This document shows positions 17,156-28,533 of a DNA stretch of 64,000 bases, one piece after another. Each line of letters begins with the position of its first letter. Position 1 is the first letter of the stretch. The notes below the pieces were generated by a model. It did not search any database. It was not told the DNA's origin and worked only from the letters and a program-made list of their open reading frames with translations. Made by a program: the position numbers and the translations under genes. The stretch is taken from assembly GCA_018971485.1 (NCBI GenBank), contig JAGXAQ010000001.1, forward strand, positions 67,371-131,370. Reading direction: 5' to 3'. Source of the DNA: Pseudomonadota bacterium (GTDB taxonomy: Bacteria; Pseudomonadota; Gammaproteobacteria; Burkholderiales; REEB80).

Positions 17156-17425
17156 TTATTCATCTCTATCCGGTTCCAGTGCATGCAAATCCGCATTTCT
17201 GTACCTTGTTACCATAATATTTAGCCATTCATCATAATCATGGGCTTCTGCAAGACGCTCACCAGTTTCACCATCTTCGAACCAAGGCTTCCCTTCCTTA
17301 TCAAGCCAATGATCAAACCATCCCCTGGCATGCTTGGGCAGATCATAGACTCTGACATAGCTAATACCTTGGTGATCCTCACGTGGAACCATCATTAACT
17401 GATTTATTTCATCCTGCCAGTTCAA
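17156..17425 (-). CDS. Hypothetical small acidic Trp-rich protein
   Basis: 89-codon ORF with a TTG start in a TTGA overlap with the HAD gene stop (alternative ATG at 17395). I recognised no family. Confidence 0.4.
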   Translation of the reverse strand: MNWQDEINQLMMVPREDHQGISYVRVYDLPKHARGWFDHWLDKEGKPWFEDGETGERLAEAHDYDEWLNIMVTRYRNADLHALEPDRDE

Positions 17426-18077
17426 ATTCGATCTCCCAAAAGCCGGTTAACATAACGGGGTAAATCACAAACGGAATTTAACCGAAGATCAGCAGGCATC
17501 CCCATCAAAGGTGGCCCATGAATCCAAACTGTCTTCATGCCAACCCGGCGAGCAGCCCGAAGATTGTCAAGACTATCTTCAACCATAACACACTGACAAG
17601 CTGGCACATGAAACCGCTTAAGCAGGTAATAATACCCAAATAATTGCGGTTTGGGCCTAAAGCCGGTCTCCTCAATTCCTATTACAGCATCGAAACAGGC
17701 CCTGATTCCAATCAACTGAAGCACCTCATCAATATAAGAAACGGGTGCATTCGAATAAATTATTTTTTCTCCTGGCAACCGCGACAATACAGATCGCAAT
17801 CGAGGTTCATAAACAAGCATGCCGCGTAAATTATCAAATTGATGGGTATGGTACAAAAAATGTTCTGGGTCAATACCATGATGCCGGATAAGCCCTTGCA
17901 AAGTTGCCCCATAACGAAGCCAATAACGCTGCCGCAACGCATTTGCCTCAATCTCGCCCAATCCCAGATACTCTCGAAGATAGGCTGTCATTTGCCTCGA
18001 TATGGAAGGAAAAATATGGGGCGTGGCCGCATGCAGGGTATCATCCAGATCAAACACCCACAAACAACGTGAAGCCA

Positions 18078-18078
<1 letters not shown>
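17422..18078 (-). CDS. HAD-superfamily hydrolase, pyrimidine 5'-nucleotidase-like
   Basis: 218 aa with HAD motif I WVFDLDDTLH and motif IV VEDSLDNL. TGATG overlap with the argB stop. Confidence 0.7.
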
Positions 18079-19037
<959 letters not shown>

Positions 19038-19484
19038 TCATTGAATGGTGATTTGTCTGGCTATCGACTGTTGCATCTTGGGCAAAGTCAGTTTTAGTAC
19101 ACCATCCTCAAATTTTGCCTGCGCCTTCGAATCATCAATCTCTTCAGGTAATCTTAAACTACGAAATACTGAACCCTCATTTCGTTCACTATATAATTTT
19201 TTCCATCCCTCTTCTTTCCGGGATTTAATTTCGGCATTGATAGTAACTTGATTGCCATCAATCACTACATGAATATCTTCTTTCTTTATCCCAGGCAAAT
19301 CTGCCTCAATCAGAAATTCACTATCCTTTTCAGATAAATCCACACGAAAAAGGGACGCTGTTTTAGATGAGTTGGCATTATGCTCTACCCTCACAGGCTG
19401 AAAAAACCCGCGAAACATTTCATCAAAATCTTCAAAAGGGCTGACTAATGCAGTTAACGGATCATAACGGCTTATTTTTGCCAT
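19038..19484 (-). CDS. Small heat-shock protein, Hsp20/alpha-crystallin family
   Basis: The ORF track gives 19038..19532. Start refined to MAKISRYDP, with GGAGG 6 nt upstream. It has an alpha-crystallin core (FLIEADLPGIKKEDIHVVIDGNQVTI...FEDGVLKLTLPK). Confidence 0.85.
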   Translation of the reverse strand: MAKISRYDPLTALVSPFEDFDEMFRGFFQPVRVEHNANSSKTASLFRVDLSEKDSEFLIEADLPGIKKEDIHVVIDGNQVTINAEIKSRKEEGWKKLYSERNEGSVFRSLRLPEEIDDSKAQAKFEDGVLKLTLPKMQQSIARQITIQ

Positions 19485-19542
19485 TCCAAACCTCCAGTCT
19501 TTAATGTTAAACAATAAATTCTGCACGCTCACGCGTTCCTAG

Positions 19543-19571
19543 ATATTGTGTCAGCAACATTAAAATACAAG
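19543..19571 (-). promoter_or_regulatory. Candidate sigma32-type promoter for hsp20
   Basis: The minus strand reads CTTGTAT-N14-CACAATAT, against the E. coli sigma32 consensus CTTGAAA-N13-15-CCCCATNT. The -10 matches 6 of 8. Confidence 0.3.
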
Positions 19572-19611
19572 CCCTCTTCCCAGAATTCTCAAACAATCTC
19601 GTCAATTATTG

Positions 19612-20931
19612 TCAAAGAATATATCGTGCTAAATCCTCATGTTCAGCAGCAAATGCCAAATGTTCACGAACATACGCAGCATCGATTACTAGTGTCTGAA
19701 TTCCTGGCGCATCACCTGCAGAAAACGAAATTTCTTCCAAAAGCTTCTCAAGAACAGTATGCAACCTTCTTGCACCAATATTTTCTGTCTTCTCATTTAC
19801 CCTGAAAGCAATCTCAGCGATTTCTCTTACAGCCTCATCCGTAAAAGACAGGTTAACCCCCTCAGTGCCCAATAAAGCCTCATACTGGCGAATCAAACAA
19901 GCATCAGTCTGAGTAAGAATCCGCACAAAATCATCTGCTTCAAGACTTTCAAGTTCCACCCTTATCGGTAAACGGCCCTGTAGTTCCGGTATCAGATCTG
20001 AAGGACGGGAAAGATGAAAAGCACCGCTAGCTATAAACAGGACATGATCTGTATGAACCATACCATATTTAGTTGTCACCGTAGACCCTTCAATAAGCGG
20101 GAGCAAATCACGTTGAACTCCTGCCCGCGAAATATCGGCCTGCCCATGCTCACTACGGCTTGCAATCTTATCGATCTCATCAATAAAAACAATACCGTTT
20201 TGCTCAACATTCTCGATTGCCTTTCTTCTGACCTCCTCATCATTCAATAATCCTGAGGCGGCTTCATCGGTTAGCACTTTCAACGCTTCAGCAACCGTCA
20301 TCTTTCTTGTGGTTCTGCGCTGCGAACCAATATTCTGAAACATTCCCTGCAACTGGGATGTAAATTCTTCCATCCCAGGAGGTGACAATATCTCCATGCT
20401 TACATGAGGGGCAGCCAACTCAACTTCAATTTCACGATCATTGAGCGTTCCTTCCCTTAACATTTTACGAAACTTCTGCCGGGTAGTGTTTTCCTGCATT
20501 TCACTTCCATCATGTCCCCCTGGAAGAAGGATATCCAGAACCTTGTCCTCAGCCAGCTCCAGTGCATGCTGGTGGCATTTCTCCATTTCCTCTTCACGAG
20601 TCTGCTTCACCGCAATTTCAGCCAGATCGCGAATAATGGTATCTACATCACGACCAACATATCCAACCTCTGTAAACTTACTGGCTTCCACCTTAACAAA
20701 TGGAGCATGGGCTAGCTTGGCCAAGCGGCGGGATATCTCTGTTTTCCCTACGCCGGTAGGGCCAATCATCAAGATATTCTTCGGTGTAATTTCTGCCCGA
20801 AGGGATAAGGCAACCTGCTGACGTCTCCAGCGATTTCTAAGGGCAACCGCAACTGCCCGCTTGGCGGCCTGCTGACCAACAATATGCTTGTCTAGTTCAT
20901 GCACAATTTCGCGAGGGGTTAAATCTGACAT
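19612..20931 (-). CDS. hslU: ATP-dependent protease ATPase subunit HslU
   Basis: 439 aa with [20 protein letters not shown] and Walker [11 protein letters not shown]. Confidence 0.95.
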   Translation of the reverse strand: MSDLTPREIVHELDKHIVGQQAAKRAVAVALRNRWRRQQVALSLRAEITPKNILMIGPTGVGKTEISRRLAKLAHAPFVKVEASKFTEVGYVGRDVDTIIRDLAEIAVKQTREEEMEKCHQHALELAEDKVLDILLPGGHDGSEMQENTTRQKFRKMLREGTLNDREIEVELAAPHVSMEILSPPGMEEFTSQLQGMFQNIGSQRRTTRKMTVAEALKVLTDEAASGLLNDEEVRRKAIENVEQNGIVFIDEIDKIASRSEHGQADISRAGVQRDLLPLIEGSTVTTKYGMVHTDHVLFIASGAFHLSRPSDLIPELQGRLPIRVELESLEADDFVRILTQTDACLIRQYEALLGTEGVNLSFTDEAVREIAEIAFRVNEKTENIGARRLHTVLEKLLEEISFSAGDAPGIQTLVIDAAYVREHLAFAAEHEDLARYIL

Positions 20932-20934
20932 CTC

Positions 20935-21492
20935 TTATTCTTCCTTCCCGTCAATAACGGGCAATGTTTCAATAATATGATTATGATTAGTATAAATACA
21001 GATATCGGCAGCAATATCCAAAGAGCGGGACACGATTTCAACAGGGCCAAGTTCTGTATGAACTAACAAGGCGCGTGCGGCACTTTCAGCAAAGCCGCCA
21101 CCAGAACCAATTGCCATGACCCCGTTTTCAGGCTCCAGGACATCGCCATTCCCCGTAATGATTAATGAAGTTTTTGCATCTGCAAGCGCCAGCATTGCCT
21201 CAAGCCGACTTAACATTCGATCTGTCCGCCAGTCTTTTGCCAATTCCACAGCAGAACGGACCAGATGCCCTTGATGTTTTTCAAGCTTTGCCTCAAATCG
21301 CTCAAAGAGTGTAAATGCATCAGCAGTGGCACCAGCAAAACCAGCGAGTATCTTATTCTGATATAAAAAACGTATTTTCCTTGCTGTAGCTTTTATAACC
21401 GTATTACCTAAGGTCACCTGGCCATCTCCACCCATAGCTACCCTGGATCCCCTACGTACAGCCAGTATTGTTGTTCCGTGATAAGCGTCCAT
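20935..21492 (-). CDS. hslV: ATP-dependent protease subunit HslV
   Basis: The ORF track gives 20935..21513. Start refined to [15 protein letters not shown] (the betaproteobacterial type with a short propeptide before the TT), with GGAAG upstream. Confidence 0.9.
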   Translation of the reverse strand: MDAYHGTTILAVRRGSRVAMGGDGQVTLGNTVIKATARKIRFLYQNKILAGFAGATADAFTLFERFEAKLEKHQGHLVRSAVELAKDWRTDRMLSRLEAMLALADAKTSLIITGNGDVLEPENGVMAIGSGGGFAESAARALLVHTELGPVEIVSRSLDIAADICIYTNHNHIIETLPVIDGKEE

Positions 21493-21532
21493 AATTCTTC
21501 CATTTATCTCCATAATTTAGATATCTGCACCT

Positions 21533-21560
21533 AGATGGAGCCCCATTCCGATACTTCAAT
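21533..21560 (-). promoter_or_regulatory. Candidate sigma32-type heat-shock promoter for hslVU
   Basis: The minus strand reads ATTGAAG-N13-CTCCATCT, against CTTGAAA-N13-15-CCCCATNT. The -10 matches 7 of 8. The -35 overlaps the xerC stop codon. Confidence 0.45.
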
Positions 21561-22458
21561 CCATAGAGGGTTTCTTTTTTGCCCTTGGGTGAGCTTCATC
21601 ATATATCCTGGATAAATGTTGAAAATCAAGATGCGTATAAATCTGGGTTGTAGAGATACTGGCATGACCCAACATCTCCTGTACAGCCCTCAAGTCTGCA
21701 CATGACTGCAAAAGATGTGAAGCAAAGGAATGCCGGAGGGCATGGGGATGAACATGTTGGTTCAATCCCAGTTTTTTTGCTCTTGCTTCAACCCGGTACT
21801 GAACAGAACGAGGCGTTAACCTTCTCCCTGATCGACTCACGAATAGTGCGGATTCTGGTGTTTTAACCCATAATGCCCTCAGTTCCAACCACAGGTAAAT
21901 TGCATTAGCCGCTTTCCTGCCAACAGGAACAATACGCTTCTTGTTCCCTTTTCCCAAAACCGTAACCAGTCGTTCCTTCAAGTCCAAATGTTCAAGGTCA
22001 ATACCAATTAATTCACTAAGCCGTAAACCAGATGAATAAAATAATTCAAGTATTGCCCGATCCCGAACTTCAATACTACCCTCACCCGGCCTCATCAGAT
22101 TTGTCATTTCATCAGGCGATAAAGCATCGGGCAGATTCTTTTGAAATCTGGGGGGTTTTATGCTCTTTACAGGGTTTTGAACATAGGCTTCTTCATGAGC
22201 AACAGCATATTTAAAAAATCCCCGCCATACCGACAAGCATTTGGCCAAAGTCCGTGGACTCAACCCTGAACCATGGAGTTTTGAAATAAAACGGCGGATA
22301 TGGTTGCTGTCCAGTAACTGAAAAGGGATCTCTCCAGCAAGTTCATCGAGTTTTTCCAAATCAAACCGGTATTGCTCCAGCGTTCGAGGCGACAGGTGCC
22401 GCTCACTTCTCATCCGTTCAATATAACGTTCAACCGGTGGTCTCACCTTTCCCCCCAA
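21556..22458 (-). CDS. xerC: Tyrosine recombinase XerC
   Basis: 300 aa with C-terminal catalytic HxLRHSFATHLL...GH...TQIYTH. The dapF-DUF484-xerC order is the same as in E. coli. Confidence 0.85.
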   Translation of the reverse strand: MGGKVRPPVERYIERMRSERHLSPRTLEQYRFDLEKLDELAGEIPFQLLDSNHIRRFISKLHGSGLSPRTLAKCLSVWRGFFKYAVAHEEAYVQNPVKSIKPPRFQKNLPDALSPDEMTNLMRPGEGSIEVRDRAILELFYSSGLRLSELIGIDLEHLDLKERLVTVLGKGNKKRIVPVGRKAANAIYLWLELRALWVKTPESALFVSRSGRRLTPRSVQYRVEARAKKLGLNQHVHPHALRHSFASHLLQSCADLRAVQEMLGHASISTTQIYTHLDFQHLSRIYDEAHPRAKKKPSMD

Positions 22459-23119
22459 ACTGGATGGCTAGCGGGATATCACTGACAAGTGCTGCTCCAA
22501 TTACTTCAGACAAACGCTCAAGGTAAAGCACCCCCATATCAGGATAAAACCGCGTGCTATCAACACTACCCAAAACAAGCAAACCAAATGGGGGCGATCC
22601 GACAGACATTAAAGCAAAGGAAGTCAGCTTGTCGCCTTGCGCAAACATCTCTCTCAAGCCTTCCGGGATGGTTGACCCACACTGGGGAAACGTTGACTCC
22701 TGAATCCAGGTTAAAAGACCGGGGTCCATAGGAATAAATTCAGGCCTGTTTTCATAGTCTTGAGCCAATGGCCAAAGCCGCAACACAATATCTGGGAGTT
22801 CAAAATCCTCCTTAAGGCGGGTTCGGATAGCCTCAAGACGCCCTTCAAAATTTTCTGCCTCCAGAATAGCCAGCGTCATACCATGTAATTTCCGTCCAAT
22901 TTCATCATTTTCTTCCCCGTAATGAATCAACTGACGAAGCTTAGCCTCAAGAAGGTGAATTTTTTCCCTTTGGGCAATCTGCTGCCGCTCAGACAAAGAA
23001 ATGGTATGGCCCCCATGAGGATGAGGGATAAATATGTCTGCAAGCAATCCTGCATAGTCTTCAAAAAACCGGGGGTTATCTCGCAGATACTTTACAACCT
23101 CTTCTGAAGATTCAATCAT
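22430..23119 (-). CDS. DUF484 (YigA-like) protein
   Basis: 229 aa, located between dapF and xerC like E. coli yigA. Confidence 0.7.
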   Translation of the reverse strand: MIESSEEVVKYLRDNPRFFEDYAGLLADIFIPHPHGGHTISLSERQQIAQREKIHLLEAKLRQLIHYGEENDEIGRKLHGMTLAILEAENFEGRLEAIRTRLKEDFELPDIVLRLWPLAQDYENRPEFIPMDPGLLTWIQESTFPQCGSTIPEGLREMFAQGDKLTSFALMSVGSPPFGLLVLGSVDSTRFYPDMGVLYLERLSEVIGAALVSDIPLAIQFGGKGETTG

Positions 23120-23122
23120 CAG

Positions 23123-23968
23123 TCAATCATCCTTTAAATCAATTACACCTTCATACACAACCTGAGCAGGGCCCTGCATGACAATACTCGAATCATCCGA
23201 GCGCCAATGTATAACCATGTCTCCCCCGCGAGTATGAACAAGAACTTCCCGATCCGTCAGTTGCCTTATGACAGCTGCAGCTACGGCAGCACAAGCCCCT
23301 GTGCCACAAGCAAGCGTCTCACCTACCCCTCTCTCAAACACCCTGATAGCAATCTCTTGCCTGTCGATGACCTGCACAAACCCAACATTCACTTTTTCAG
23401 GAAACCGGCCATGGGCCTCTATTTTCTGGCCCAAAATCAAAACTGGTGCCAAACCTATGTCTTTAACAAAAAGCACCGCATGCGGGTTCCCCACGGATAA
23501 AGCCGAAATTTCATACTCTGAACCATCAACATCCAGTTGATACGTTGCTTTAACCTGTTCATGATCAGAAAGAAAAGGAATATCCTGAGGCAAGAACCTG
23601 GGTTTTCCCATGTCAACCTCAATCAATCCATTTCCAAGCAGCCGAGGAATAATGATCCCGGAAGATGTTTCTATCCTTAGTTCATTTTTATTTATCAAAC
23701 CGTGATCAACAACATAACGGGCAAAACATCTCGCACCATTTCCACACTGGCTAACTTCAAAACCGTCGGCATTAAAAATTCGATAGCGGAAATCAGCTTC
23801 AGAGCTGGTGGGTGCCTCTACCAGTAACAACTGATCAAACCCAATACCAAAATGGCGATCACTTAAAGTCCGAATCTGGGCAGATGAAAGTCTGACTGGT
23901 TGCTCAATGGCATTGACCACCATAAAATCATTGCCTAATCCCTGCATCTTGGTAAAATTTAAACGCAT
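23123..23968 (-). CDS. dapF: Diaminopimelate epimerase
   Basis: The ORF track gives 23123..24004. Start refined to MRLNFTKMQGLGNDFMVV, with GGGGG 7 nt upstream. Catalytic Cys motifs are SQCGNGARC and LACGTGACA. Confidence 0.9.
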   Translation of the reverse strand: MRLNFTKMQGLGNDFMVVNAIEQPVRLSSAQIRTLSDRHFGIGFDQLLLVEAPTSSEADFRYRIFNADGFEVSQCGNGARCFARYVVDHGLINKNELRIETSSGIIIPRLLGNGLIEVDMGKPRFLPQDIPFLSDHEQVKATYQLDVDGSEYEISALSVGNPHAVLFVKDIGLAPVLILGQKIEAHGRFPEKVNVGFVQVIDRQEIAIRVFERGVGETLACGTGACAAVAAAVIRQLTDREVLVHTRGGDMVIHWRSDDSSIVMQGPAQVVYEGVIDLKDD

Positions 23969-24045
23969 AATCAACCCCCGGAAACCAGCACCTACCCAAC
24001 GCATGAATTGAGTATAACCGAACTCATCAGACCATAATACTGCTC

Positions 24046-24894
24046 CTAGCCACTTTGTCTTAAACGGGGGGATTTATAACGGTTATAGCTCCATAAATAC
24101 TGCTCTGGTAACGACTGTATTACCTTTTCCATGGCCAAGTTAATTTCCCTGGCCAGACCTTCTTCATCTTTGGACTTAAAATCCAGCCGTTCAAAATTGA
24201 TAATATAACCACGCCCTACAGGCAATCGCTCAGCCCAAGTCAGGATCATTCTTGCCTCAGTGGCCAAAGCCAGTTTAGGGGCCAAGGTCATGGTATAAGC
24301 CAAAGAATTAAAAAAGGGGATCCAGACTCCTTCACCCGATACCGGAACTTGATCAGGAAGCAGGCCAATTGCCTCCCCTTTTCGCAAGGCCCTAATCAGC
24401 ATTCGCACCCCTGCAAGGCTTGTTGGAGCAAGATTGGCATAAAATTGAGCACGGCTTTTACGCATAAACGGATCAATCCGTTTATGGCGTAAGGGGCGAT
24501 ACATTGCGGTCAAAGGCATACAGGAACCAATATACTGGCCAGCCAGTTCGAATGATCCCAAATGGGGCGTCAAGAAAATTACCCCTTGTCCTTCCCCCAG
24601 CCCTGCCATCGCCTCATCAAACCCCCACACCTGCTTTACCCATCTCCTTATTTTATCAGGGGAAGCGAACCAGAGTTTTGGCAGCTCCATAACGGCTCGT
24701 CCAGACTGCCCTGCAGCCTGAAGGGCAAGAGAGATACGTTGTTCAGGCTGGCATACTTTGGCCTGAGCCAGATTAGCTATTATTCTTTGACGATAAGCTG
24801 GCCGAAAAATGTAAACACAACGGCCCGCCCAGTCTCCCAAAATATGAAGAACGGCAAGAGGCAACACTGCTAAGAACCGGAACAGAAATAGCAT
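24046..24894 (-). CDS. Lipid A biosynthesis late acyltransferase (LpxL/HtrB family)
   Basis: The ORF track gives 24046..24960. Met23 (MLFLFRFLAVLPLAVLHILGDW) matches typical family N-termini and leaves room for the divergent metK promoter. The start is uncertain. Confidence 0.75.
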   Translation of the reverse strand: MLFLFRFLAVLPLAVLHILGDWAGRCVYIFRPAYRQRIIANLAQAKVCQPEQRISLALQAAGQSGRAVMELPKLWFASPDKIRRWVKQVWGFDEAMAGLGEGQGVIFLTPHLGSFELAGQYIGSCMPLTAMYRPLRHKRIDPFMRKSRAQFYANLAPTSLAGVRMLIRALRKGEAIGLLPDQVPVSGEGVWIPFFNSLAYTMTLAPKLALATEARMILTWAERLPVGRGYIINFERLDFKSKDEEGLAREINLAMEKVIQSLPEQYLWSYNRYKSPRLRQSG

Positions 24895-24988
24895 AGAAAA
24901 CTTTTTGAATGCTCTAAAATTTGCTATTGTATCAACTGTAATGTCAAAACATGCGAACATTTAACTAACCAACATAACGTAGAGATCC

Positions 24989-26170
24989 ATGTCCGAATAC
25001 CTGTTTACCTCAGAATCAGTTTCCGAAGGGCACCCTGACAAACTGGCCGATCAAATATCAGATGGTATCCTTGATGCCATTCTAGCCCAAGACGCAAACT
25101 CCAGAGTTGCTTGTGAGACTTTAGTCAATACCGGGCTTGCCGTTTTGTCAGGCGAAATTACAACTACAGCTGTAATCGATTATTCCGATATTGCCAGAAA
25201 TGTCATCAAGCGAGTGGGCTACAACAGTTCATCCATTGGGTTTGATTATCATACCTGTGCCGTTCTGACAGCAATAGACAAGCAATCACCTGATATTGCC
25301 CAGGGAGTCAATGAAGGCGAAGGAATGGATCTGGATCAGGGTGCAGGAGACCAGGGGCTGATGTTTGGTTTTGCGTGCAGTGAAACACCCCAGCTCATGC
25401 CAATGCCAATTTATTATGCCCACCGCCTGATGCAGCGACAATCTGAATTGCGCAAGGATGGGCGGTTATCCTGGCTACGACCCGATGCAAAAAGCCAGGT
25501 AACGGTGCGTTATGAAAACAACCGCCCCATTGGTATAGATACTATAGTCATTTCAACCCAGCATGATCCAGACATCAGTCATGCAGCACTTAGTGAAGCG
25601 GTGATGGAGGAAATTATCCGGCCCATTATTCCTGCAAACATGCTGTCTGCCGCCACTCGTTATTTTATCAATCCGACCGGACGCTTTGTCATCGGTGGCC
25701 CCATGGGGGACTGTGGGCTAACGGGACGTAAAATCATTGTTGATACTTATGGTGGTGCTGCCCGCCATGGCGGAGGCGCATTCTCCGGTAAAGACCCTTC
25801 AAAAGTTGACCGCTCTGCTGCCTATGCAGGACGATATGTTGCTAAAAATATTGTTGCGGCAGGCCTTGCAGAAAGATGCGAAGTGCAAATAGCTTATGCT
25901 ATTGGAATAGCCCGCCCAGTATCCTTAATGGTCAATACATTTGGAACCGGACAAATCGATGATGAAAAAATTGCCAACCTGGTCCAGAAGCATTTTGATC
26001 TGCGACCCAAGGGAATTATTGCATCGCTTAATCTGCTTAGACCCATTTATTCCAGAACTGCAGCATATGGACATTTTGGCCGAGACGAACCTGAGTTCAC
26101 ATGGGAAGCAACCGATAAAGCCCAGATCCTAAGGGATGAAGCTTCCGTTAAAAATACAGCAGCGGTTTGA
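24989..26170 (+). CDS. metK: S-adenosylmethionine synthetase
   Basis: 393 aa with [20 protein letters not shown] and [19 protein letters not shown]. Confidence 0.95.
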   Translation: MSEYLFTSESVSEGHPDKLADQISDGILDAILAQDANSRVACETLVNTGLAVLSGEITTTAVIDYSDIARNVIKRVGYNSSSIGFDYHTCAVLTAIDKQSPDIAQGVNEGEGMDLDQGAGDQGLMFGFACSETPQLMPMPIYYAHRLMQRQSELRKDGRLSWLRPDAKSQVTVRYENNRPIGIDTIVISTQHDPDISHAALSEAVMEEIIRPIIPANMLSAATRYFINPTGRFVIGGPMGDCGLTGRKIIVDTYGGAARHGGGAFSGKDPSKVDRSAAYAGRYVAKNIVAAGLAERCEVQIAYAIGIARPVSLMVNTFGTGQIDDEKIANLVQKHFDLRPKGIIASLNLLRPIYSRTAAYGHFGRDEPEFTWEATDKAQILRDEASVKNTAAV

Positions 26171-26346
26171 TCTTGATTTTATTTACCCTTTACAACCCCT
26201 GCCTGTCAGATACTTTTATGGGTAGGTCTCTATAAACAAGCCAAACTATTTTTATATTCAATTTAATTTTCTTTCAAGGAGCAGGCGAACCTATCACCTT
26301 GCATAAAAACAGCTGGTAATTTACGTGATGGTTTGCAATTCAAATA

Positions 26347-27660
26347 ATGAGAATCGAATCCCTTACAAGCAATGTGCAGGATTTCCGTGTCGCTGATATC
26401 CAGCTAGCGGAGTATGGCCGAAAAGAAATTGCCATAGCAGAAACTGAAATGCCCGGTTTAATGGCGCTGCGTGAAGAATATGCCGAAACAGCTCCGCTGA
26501 AGGGAGCAAGAATAGCCGGGTGCTTGCACATGACTATTCAAACTGCAGTATTAATGGAAACACTAGTAAAACTCGGTGCTGAGATTCGATGGAGCTCATG
26601 CAATATATTTTCCACCCAGGATCATGCTGCAGCAGCCATGGCAGCTGCAGGTATTCCTACTTTCGCATGGAAAGGGGAAACTGAGCAGGAATTCTGGTGG
26701 TGTCTTGAAAAAACCATATTTGGCCCCAATGAATGGCGCCCAAACATGATTCTAGACGATGGAGGTGATCTCACTAATGTCCTGCATTCAGAGTATCCGG
26801 AACTTCTCGAAGATATTCGAGGGCTTAGTGAAGAAACAACAACCGGCGTACATCGACTTTATGAAATGTTAAAGGCCGGCATATTAAAAGTGCCCGCGTT
26901 CAACGTTAATGACTCTGTAACCAAATCAAAATTTGACAATCTCTACGGATGCCGAGAATCTCTGATTGATGGCATTAAGCGGGCAACAGATGTCATGATT
27001 GCAGGGAAGATATGCGTCGTATTGGGCTATGGTGATGTCGGCAAAGGATGTGCCCAGGCTTTTCGGGGGATGGGAGCAACTGTTTGGGTTACAGAAATTG
27101 ATCCCATTTGTGCCCTTCAGGCAACAATGGAAGGTTATCGTGTTGTTACCATGGATGAAGTTGCTGCTCTTGCAGATATTTTTGTAACTGCAACCGGTAA
27201 CTTTCATGTCATTACTCATGAGCACCTCAAGAAAATGAAAAATGAGGCCATAGTGTGCAATATTGGCCACTTTGATAGCGAAATCGATATTGCAAGCCTT
27301 CGCCAGTACCACTGGGAAAACATCAAACCCCAAGTTGACCACGTTACGTTCGATGACGGAAAAAAAATCATTGTTCTGGCTGAAGGACGTCTGGTTAACT
27401 TGGGTTGCGCAACAGGTCACCCGAGTTTTGTCATGTCCGCATCATTTACCAATCAGGTGATGGCGCAAATCGAATTATGGCAACACAGTTCCAATTATCC
27501 AGTCGGTGTATATACGCTTCCTAAAAAACTAGATGAAAAAGTTGCTCGCCTTCACCTTAAACGGATTGGAGCCCATCTTACGAAACTGACTCCAGAACAG
27601 GAAAAATATCTTGGGATAGATGTAGAAGGACCCTATAAACCTGACCATTATCGTTACTAA
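26347..27660 (+). CDS. ahcY: Adenosylhomocysteinase
   Basis: 437 aa with [27 protein letters not shown] and an NAD site [11 protein letters not shown]. Confidence 0.95.
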   Translation: MRIESLTSNVQDFRVADIQLAEYGRKEIAIAETEMPGLMALREEYAETAPLKGARIAGCLHMTIQTAVLMETLVKLGAEIRWSSCNIFSTQDHAAAAMAAAGIPTFAWKGETEQEFWWCLEKTIFGPNEWRPNMILDDGGDLTNVLHSEYPELLEDIRGLSEETTTGVHRLYEMLKAGILKVPAFNVNDSVTKSKFDNLYGCRESLIDGIKRATDVMIAGKICVVLGYGDVGKGCAQAFRGMGATVWVTEIDPICALQATMEGYRVVTMDEVAALADIFVTATGNFHVITHEHLKKMKNEAIVCNIGHFDSEIDIASLRQYHWENIKPQVDHVTFDDGKKIIVLAEGRLVNLGCATGHPSFVMSASFTNQVMAQIELWQHSSNYPVGVYTLPKKLDEKVARLHLKRIGAHLTKLTPEQEKYLGIDVEGPYKPDHYRY

Positions 27661-27677
27661 CAGGACCAGAACCCTAA

Positions 27678-28532
27678 ATGATGGATATTCGGCCCATTCA
27701 GCAACGAAAATACAGTTTTGAATTCTTTCCACCAAAAACAGATGAAGGGGTAGCACGACTCCACGCTACCACGCAGCAGTTGGGACAACTGGCGCCACAT
27801 TTCTTTTCTGTTACTTATGGCGCCGGAGGATCCACTCAGGATCGCACGCTTGAAACAGTTCTTGCCATCCAAAAAATGGGCTATGCAGCAGCACCCCACC
27901 TTTCTTGTATTGGAGCCACTCGCTTCAACGTAAGACAAACCCTTCAAAAATATAGCCAGCATAAAATCCGCCATATGGTTGCATTACGTGGAGATCTCCC
28001 TTCTGGCATGGTAGCTTCCGGGGAATTCCGGTTCGCCTCAGAACTGGTTACATTCATTCGTCAGGAACTAGGCGATAGCATCAGCATAGAGGTGGCCGCT
28101 TATCCAGAATACCACCCCCAATGTGGTTCTGCCCAACAGGATCTGCTTCATTTCAAGAACAAAATCGAGGCAGGGGCAAATTCGGCCATTACTCAATACT
28201 TTTATAATGCAGATGCTTATTTTCGCTTTATCGATGACTGCGCTGCTATGGGTATTCACATACCGATTGTGCCGGGTATCATGCCAATTAATAATTACTT
28301 TCAACTTGCAAGATTCTCTGAAATCTGCGGCGCGGAAATTCCCCGATGGATCAGGTTACGCCTGGAAGGGTATCGGGATGATCTGCCTTCTATCCGTGCA
28401 TTTGGCCTTGATATTGTCACAGAACTCTGCGATAGGCTATTACACCACGGCGCCCCAGGATTGCATTTTTACACATTAAACCAGGCAGGTCCAAGCTCAA
28501 CCATCTGGCAGCGCCTGGGTATTCAGTCTTGA
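27678..28532 (+). CDS. metF: 5,10-methylenetetrahydrofolate reductase
   Basis: 284 aa with YSFEFFPPKT...FFSVTYGAGGST. Confidence 0.9.
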   Translation: MMDIRPIQQRKYSFEFFPPKTDEGVARLHATTQQLGQLAPHFFSVTYGAGGSTQDRTLETVLAIQKMGYAAAPHLSCIGATRFNVRQTLQKYSQHKIRHMVALRGDLPSGMVASGEFRFASELVTFIRQELGDSISIEVAAYPEYHPQCGSAQQDLLHFKNKIEAGANSAITQYFYNADAYFRFIDDCAAMGIHIPIVPGIMPINNYFQLARFSEICGAEIPRWIRLRLEGYRDDLPSIRAFGLDIVTELCDRLLHHGAPGLHFYTLNQAGPSSTIWQRLGIQS

Positions 28533-28533
28533 A

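Noticed and set aside
26171-26346. Possible SAH riboswitch in the 176-nt metK-ahcY spacer. SAH riboswitches commonly precede ahcY in betaproteobacteria, and CAAGGAGCAGGCGAACC superficially resembles the conserved CGAGGAGCGCUGCGACC.
   Set aside because: Only a short CAAGG/CCTTG pairing is possible. There is no P2 hairpin, and there is no downstream GCGCUC-type segment to form the pseudoknot. A cmsearch with RF01057 would settle it, and I expect no hit.
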